Below, piece after piece: positions 59,537 to 64,000 of a stretch of 64,000 nt of DNA. The stretch is from Escherichia coli (GTDB taxonomy: Bacteria > Pseudomonadota > Gammaproteobacteria > Enterobacterales > Enterobacteriaceae): assembly GCF_013315695.1 (NCBI RefSeq), contig NZ_CP054353.1. The stretch is one strand, 5' to 3'. The position numbers and the translations under genes were made by a program. Numbering within the stretch: position 1 is the stretch's first letter; every line of letters starts with the position of its first letter. The notes beneath the pieces were generated by a model. The model was not told where the DNA came from. It worked only from the letters and a program-made list of their open reading frames with translations, and did no database searches.

Positions 59537-61236
59537 TTGATGAAATCCCCCGCACCTTCTCGCCCGCAAAAAATGGCGTTAATTCCAGCCTGCATCTTTT
59601 TGTGTTTCGCTGCGCTATCGGTGCAGGCAGAAGAAACATCGGTAACACCACAACCGCCTGATATTTTATTAGGGCCGCTGTTTAATGATGTGCAAAACGC
59701 CAAACTTTTTCCGGACCAAAAAACCTTTGCCGATGCCGTGCCGAACAGCGATCCGCTGATGATCCTTGCTGATTATCGGATGCAGCAAAACCAGAGCGGA
59801 TTTGATCTACGCCATTTCGTTAACGTCAATTTCACCCTGCCGAAAGAGGGCGAGAAATATGTTCCGCCAGAGGGGCAATCACTGCGCGAACATATTGACG
59901 GACTTTGGCCGGTATTAACGCGTTCTACCGAAAATACCGAAAAATGGGATTCTCTGTTACCGCTGCCGGAACCTTATGTCGTGCCGGGCGGACGTTTTCG
60001 CGAGGTATATTACTGGGACAGTTACTTCACCATGTTAGGGCTTGCCGAAAGCGGTCACTGGGATAAAGTCGCGGATATGGTGGCCAATTTTGCTCATGAA
60101 ATAGACACTTACGGTCATATTCCCAACGGCAACCGCAGTTACTATTTAAGCCGCTCGCAGCCGCCCTTCTTTGCCCTGATGGTAGAGTTACTGGCGCAGC
60201 ATGAAGGCGATGCCGCGTTGAAACAATACCTGCCGCAAATGCAAAAAGAATATGCTTACTGGATGGACGGTGTTGAAAACCTGCAAGCCGGACAACAGGA
60301 AAAACGCGTTGTCAAACTTCAGGATGGTACCCTTCTCAACCGCTACTGGGACGATCGCGATACGCCACGACCAGAGTCATGGGTGGAAGATATTGCCACC
60401 GCCAAAAGCAATCCGAATCGACCTGCCACTGAAATTTACCGCGACCTGCGCTCTGCCGCTGCGTCTGGCTGGGATTTCAGCTCGCGCTGGATGGACAATC
60501 CGCAGCAGTTAAATACCTTACGCACCACCAGCATCGTACCGGTCGATCTGAACAGCCTGATGTTTAAAATGGAAAAAATCCTCGCCCGCGCCAGCAAAGC
60601 TGCCGGAGATAACGCGATGGCAAACCAGTACGAAACGCTGGCGAATGCCCGTCAAAAAGGGATCGAAAAATACCTGTGGAACGATCAACAAGGCTGGTAT
60701 GCCGATTACGACCTGAAAAGTCATAAAGTGCGCAATCAGTTAACCGCGGCCGCCCTGTTCCCGCTGTACGTCAATGCGGCAGCGAAAGATCGCGCCAGCA
60801 AAATGGCGACGGCGACGAAAACACATCTGCTGCAACCCGGCGGCCTGAACACCACGTCGGTGAAAAGTGGACAACAATGGGATGCGCCAAACGGCTGGGC
60901 ACCGTTGCAGTGGGTCGCGACAGAAGGATTACAAAACTACGGGCAAAAAGAGGTGGCGATGGACATTAGCTGGCACTTCCTGACCAATGTTCAGCACACC
61001 TATGACCGGGAGAAAAAGCTGGTGGAAAAATATGATGTCAGCGCCACCGGAACGGGGGGCGGGGTGGCGAATATCCATTACAGGATGGCTTTGGCTGGAC
61101 CAATGGCGTGACGCTGAAAATGCTGGATTTGATCTGCCCGAAAGAGCAACCGTGTGACAATGTTCCGGCGACGCGTCCACTCAGTGAATCAACAACACAA
61201 CCGCTAAAACAAAAAGAGGCGGAACCTACGCCTTAA
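59537..61236 (+). pseudogene. treA: periplasmic trehalase treA, disrupted by a 1-nt frameshift near the 3' end
   Basis: ORF 59537..61111 (524 aa) ends ...[20 protein letters not shown]. The +1 frame from ~61069 continues for 55 codons as [37 protein letters not shown]... to a TAA at 61234..61236, which is the expected trehalase C-terminus. The shift lies in the G-rich tract 61055..61069. Confidence 0.6.
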
Positions 61237-61551
61237 CTTTACTGTATATCGAGCAATGCCATTACATGCATAAAATTGGCATTGCTCTTTCTTCACCACG
61301 AAATACCACTCTTTCTACGGTCTATGCCTTTATTTTCTTTTATTAGAGAAGATTTTAATTTTATTTTATCAACTTGTTAATCATTACACCTCTATTTATA
61401 TTTTCCCCCACTCCCCATTCTCCCTGACAATTTTCTTGTGGAACAAAGTGTTATTTAAGCAACAAGCAAATCATTCTGTCTCTTTAGACAAATTTTGGTG
61501 ATGCTGCCAACTTACTGATTTAGTGTATGATGGTGTTTTTGAGGTGCTCCA

Positions 61552-61827
61552 GTGGCTTCTGTTTCTATCAGCTGTCCCTCCTGTTCAGCTACTGACGGGG
61601 TGGTGCGTAACGGCAAAAGCACCGCCGGACATCAGCGCTATCTCTGCTCTCACTGCCGTAAAACATGGCAACTGCAGTTCACTTACACCGCTTCTCAACC
61701 CGGTACGCACCAGAAAATCATTGATATGGCCATGAATGGCGTTGGATGCCGGGCAACAGCCCGCATTATGGGCGTTGGCCTCAACACGATTTTACGTCAC
61801 TTAAAAAACTCAGGCCGCAGTCGGTAA
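61552..61827 (+). CDS. insA: IS1 InsA
   Basis: 91 aa, [43 protein letters not shown]... Confidence 0.9.
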
Positions 61828-62249
61828 CCTCGCGCATACAGCCGGGCAGTGACGTCATCGTCTGCGCGGAAATGGACGAACAGTGGGGCTATGTCGGGGC
61901 TAAATCGCGCCAGCGCTGGCTGTTTTACGCGTATGACAGGCTCCGGAAGACGGTTGTTGCGCACGTATTCGGTGAACGCACTATGGCGACGCTGGGGCGT
62001 CTTATGAGCCTGCTGTCACCCTTTGACGTGGTGATATGGATGACGGATGGCTGGCCGCTGTATGAATCCCGCCTGAAGGGAAAGCTGCACGTAATCAGCA
62101 AGCGATATACGCAGCGAATTGAGCGGCATAACCTGAATCTGAGGCAGCACCTGGCACGGCTGGGACGGAAGTCGCTGTCGTTCTCAAAATCGGTGGAGCT
62201 GCATGACAAAGTCATCGGGCATTATCTGAACATAAAACACTATCAATAA
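61746..62249 (+). CDS. insB: IS1 InsB (transposase reading frame, expressed as InsAB' by -1 frameshifting)
   Basis: 167-aa ORF overlapping the insA 3' end in the -1 frame; recalled InsB sequence. Confidence 0.88.
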
Positions 62250-62341
62250 GTTGGAGTCATTACCCAAATTTTGACATCAAACATGATCTTTTTCGCTATA
62301 TGTGTAAGTATATAGCGGTTTTAATTATCAGGATATTACTT

Positions 62342-63364
62342 ATGTCACTAACCAGACGGAGGTTTACACAGATTCTTGCGTCGACATTGTTCCTGCATCA
62401 TCTGCCGTCCTTTGCACAATCAGTCAAATTCTGGGCCTCACTGACGCTTCCCGAAGCCCAAAACATTACACGCATCGTCAGCGCAGGCGCGCCCGCCGAT
62501 TTACTATTGCTGGCTGTCGCGCCAGAAAAAATGGTCGGTTTTTCCTCTTTTGATTTTGCCCGTCAGGCATTAATTCCATTGCCAGAGCACATTCGCCAGT
62601 TCCCCAGGCTGGGACGACTCGCCGGGCGCGCCAGCACACTCTCGCTGGAAGGGCTTATGGCGTTACATCCCGATTTGGTCGTTGATTGCGGCAATACGGA
62701 TGAAACCTGGATCTCCCAGGCACGGCAGGTTAGCGAACAGACACAAATACCCTGGTTATTGCTTAACGGGAAACTGGAACAATCAGCAGAACAGTTAACA
62801 ACGCTTGGCAAAACGTTAGGCGAAGAGCACCGCGCCACAGAACAAGCCAATCTCGCCAGCCGCTTCGTTGGTGAAGCTCAGGCATTCGCCACCTCACCCG
62901 CCGCTAACCTCAGCTTTTATGCTGCGCGCGGTCCTCGAGGGCTGGAAACGGGCTTACAGGGTTCGTTGCATACCGAGGCGGCAGAATTATTAGGTTTGCA
63001 TAACGTCGCGCAAATAGCCGATCGCCACGGTCTGACACAGGTTTCCATGGAAAATCTCCTGCGCTGGCAGCCGGATATTATTCTGGTTCAGGAGGCCGTT
63101 ACTGCAGATTTTATTCGTCGTGATCCTCTCTGGCAGGGCGTGAAAGCGGTTGCGGAACAACGCATCTTATTTTTAAGTGGCCTGCCCTTTGGCTGGCTGG
63201 ATGCCCCGCCGGGAATCAACCGTCTTCTGGGATTACGCAGACTTCACGCCTGGCTGGATCCCGCCATCAATCGTCAGTTTAAAAGTGACATGCAGCATTA
63301 TGCCCAACTGTTCTGGCATTGTTCACTCAGTGACGCCGACTATCAAAAATTGGTGGCGAGCTAA
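62342..63364 (+). CDS. ABC transporter periplasmic substrate-binding protein, iron-siderophore/cobalamin (TroA-like) family, Tat-type signal
   Basis: ORF 62300..63364; start at MSLTRRRFTQILASTLFLHHLPSFAQ (twin-arginine-like motif); general resemblance to FecB/FhuD/BtuF-class binding proteins; directly followed by a FecCD-type permease. Family assignment is from sequence character only. Confidence 0.6.
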   Translation: MSLTRRRFTQILASTLFLHHLPSFAQSVKFWASLTLPEAQNITRIVSAGAPADLLLLAVAPEKMVGFSSFDFARQALIPLPEHIRQFPRLGRLAGRASTLSLEGLMALHPDLVVDCGNTDETWISQARQVSEQTQIPWLLLNGKLEQSAEQLTTLGKTLGEEHRATEQANLASRFVGEAQAFATSPAANLSFYAARGPRGLETGLQGSLHTEAAELLGLHNVAQIADRHGLTQVSMENLLRWQPDIILVQEAVTADFIRRDPLWQGVKAVAEQRILFLSGLPFGWLDAPPGINRLLGLRRLHAWLDPAINRQFKSDMQHYAQLFWHCSLSDADYQKLVAS

Positions 63365-64000
63365 TGAGAACCGTAAACGGATGTATTTTGCTGCTGGCAG
63401 CTATCAGTATCACTTTTGCCGCCGTAAGTGGGGCTTATCATCTCGATATGCAGCAATTGCTGGCGCTCATTCTTCGTCAAGAAAATGTTCCTGTGCAGGA
63501 ACAAATTGTCTTCTGGCAAATCCGCGTGCCGCGTATTCTTGCTGCGCTGTTTCTGGGCGCGGCGCTGGCAGGGGCCGGAACCACCTATCAGGGAATGTTC
63601 CGTAATCCCTTAGTGTCACCGGATATTTTAGGCGTCTCCGCCGGTGCCGGACTTGGTGCCTGCGCGGCAATCCTGTGGGGATTATCCATTGTTTACATCC
63701 AGCTGTACGCATTTTGCGGCGGGCTGATGGTGGTCGCGGGCGTCTGGTTGATTACGCGTCGGGTGACCCGCCACGATCCGATCTTAACCCTGGTGCTGGT
63801 AGGTATTGCGTTAGGCACGTTGTGCGGAGCGGGGATATCGCTAATAAAAACGCTGGCCGATCCTTACACCCAGTTACCGTCAATTACCTTCTGGTTGCTG
63901 GGGGGGCTGTCCACCGTGACCTTACGCGATCTCTGCTATGCTGCACCGATCATTCTCATAGGCTCCTTGCCCCTGTTTTTTCTCCGCTGGCGCATGAATT
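63364..64000 (+). CDS. ABC transporter permease, FecCD family (partial; runs off the window end)
   Basis: ATG at 63364 overlaps the upstream stop (TAATG); translation MRTVNGCILLLAAISITFAAVSG...RVPRILAALFLGAALAGAGTTYQGMFRNPLVSPDILGVSAGAGLGA... is typical of FecCD/BtuC permeases. Not in the ORF track because it is truncated by the window. Confidence 0.6.
   Translation, partial: MRTVNGCILLLAAISITFAAVSGAYHLDMQQLLALILRQENVPVQEQIVFWQIRVPRILAALFLGAALAGAGTTYQGMFRNPLVSPDILGVSAGAGLGACAAILWGLSIVYIQLYAFCGGLMVVAGVWLITRRVTRHDPILTLVLVGIALGTLCGAGISLIKTLADPYTQLPSITFWLLGGLSTVTLRDLCYAAPIILIGSLPLFFLRWRMN

Larger units (their letters stand above)
61497..62264 (+). mobile_element. IS1 insertion sequence, complete (768 bp)
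   Basis: Left IR GGTGATGCTGCCAACTTACTGAT at 61497, right IR ...ATCAATAAGTTGGAGTCATTACC ending 62264, insA and insB ORFs, 8-bp flanking repeat CAAATTTT (61489..61496 and 62265..62272). Confidence 0.9.

Noticed and set aside
59380-59703. 107-aa minus-strand ORF across the dhaM-treA intergenic region and treA start
   Set aside because: Overlaps the treA signal-peptide coding region antisense; no start signals or conservation features.

Overview
This 64 kb window is Escherichia coli chromosomal core, the kch-opp-adhE-hns-nar-cha-hemA-prs-dha-treA segment, read in inverted orientation relative to the usual K-12 map. Gene calls rest on the supplied ORF translations matched from memory to well-known E. 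coli proteins; no database search was run. Almost every core gene is intact and of the expected length. I found no convincing previously undescribed multi-gene system. The departures from a plain K-12-like layout are: (1) a prophage remnant at the left edge, where an internally deleted IS3-family element joins a tail-fibre 3' fragment to an integrase 5' fragment; (2) a complete 1426-bp IS4 with a 12-bp target duplication inserted in the loop of the adhE terminator hairpin; (3) two tandem tRNA-Tyr genes, the first with a 1-nt deletion in the 3' acceptor strand; (4) two tandem 535-bp LDR units, each encoding a 35-aa Ldr type I toxin, between chaA and kdsA; (5) a 58-aa His/Pro/Gly-rich lipoprotein ORF between ychF and dhaR, where I recall K-12 carrying ycgV; (6) treA truncated by a 1-nt frameshift in a G-run; (7) a complete IS1 followed by a Tat-signal binding protein and FecCD-type permease. 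The strain cannot be identified from sequence alone.
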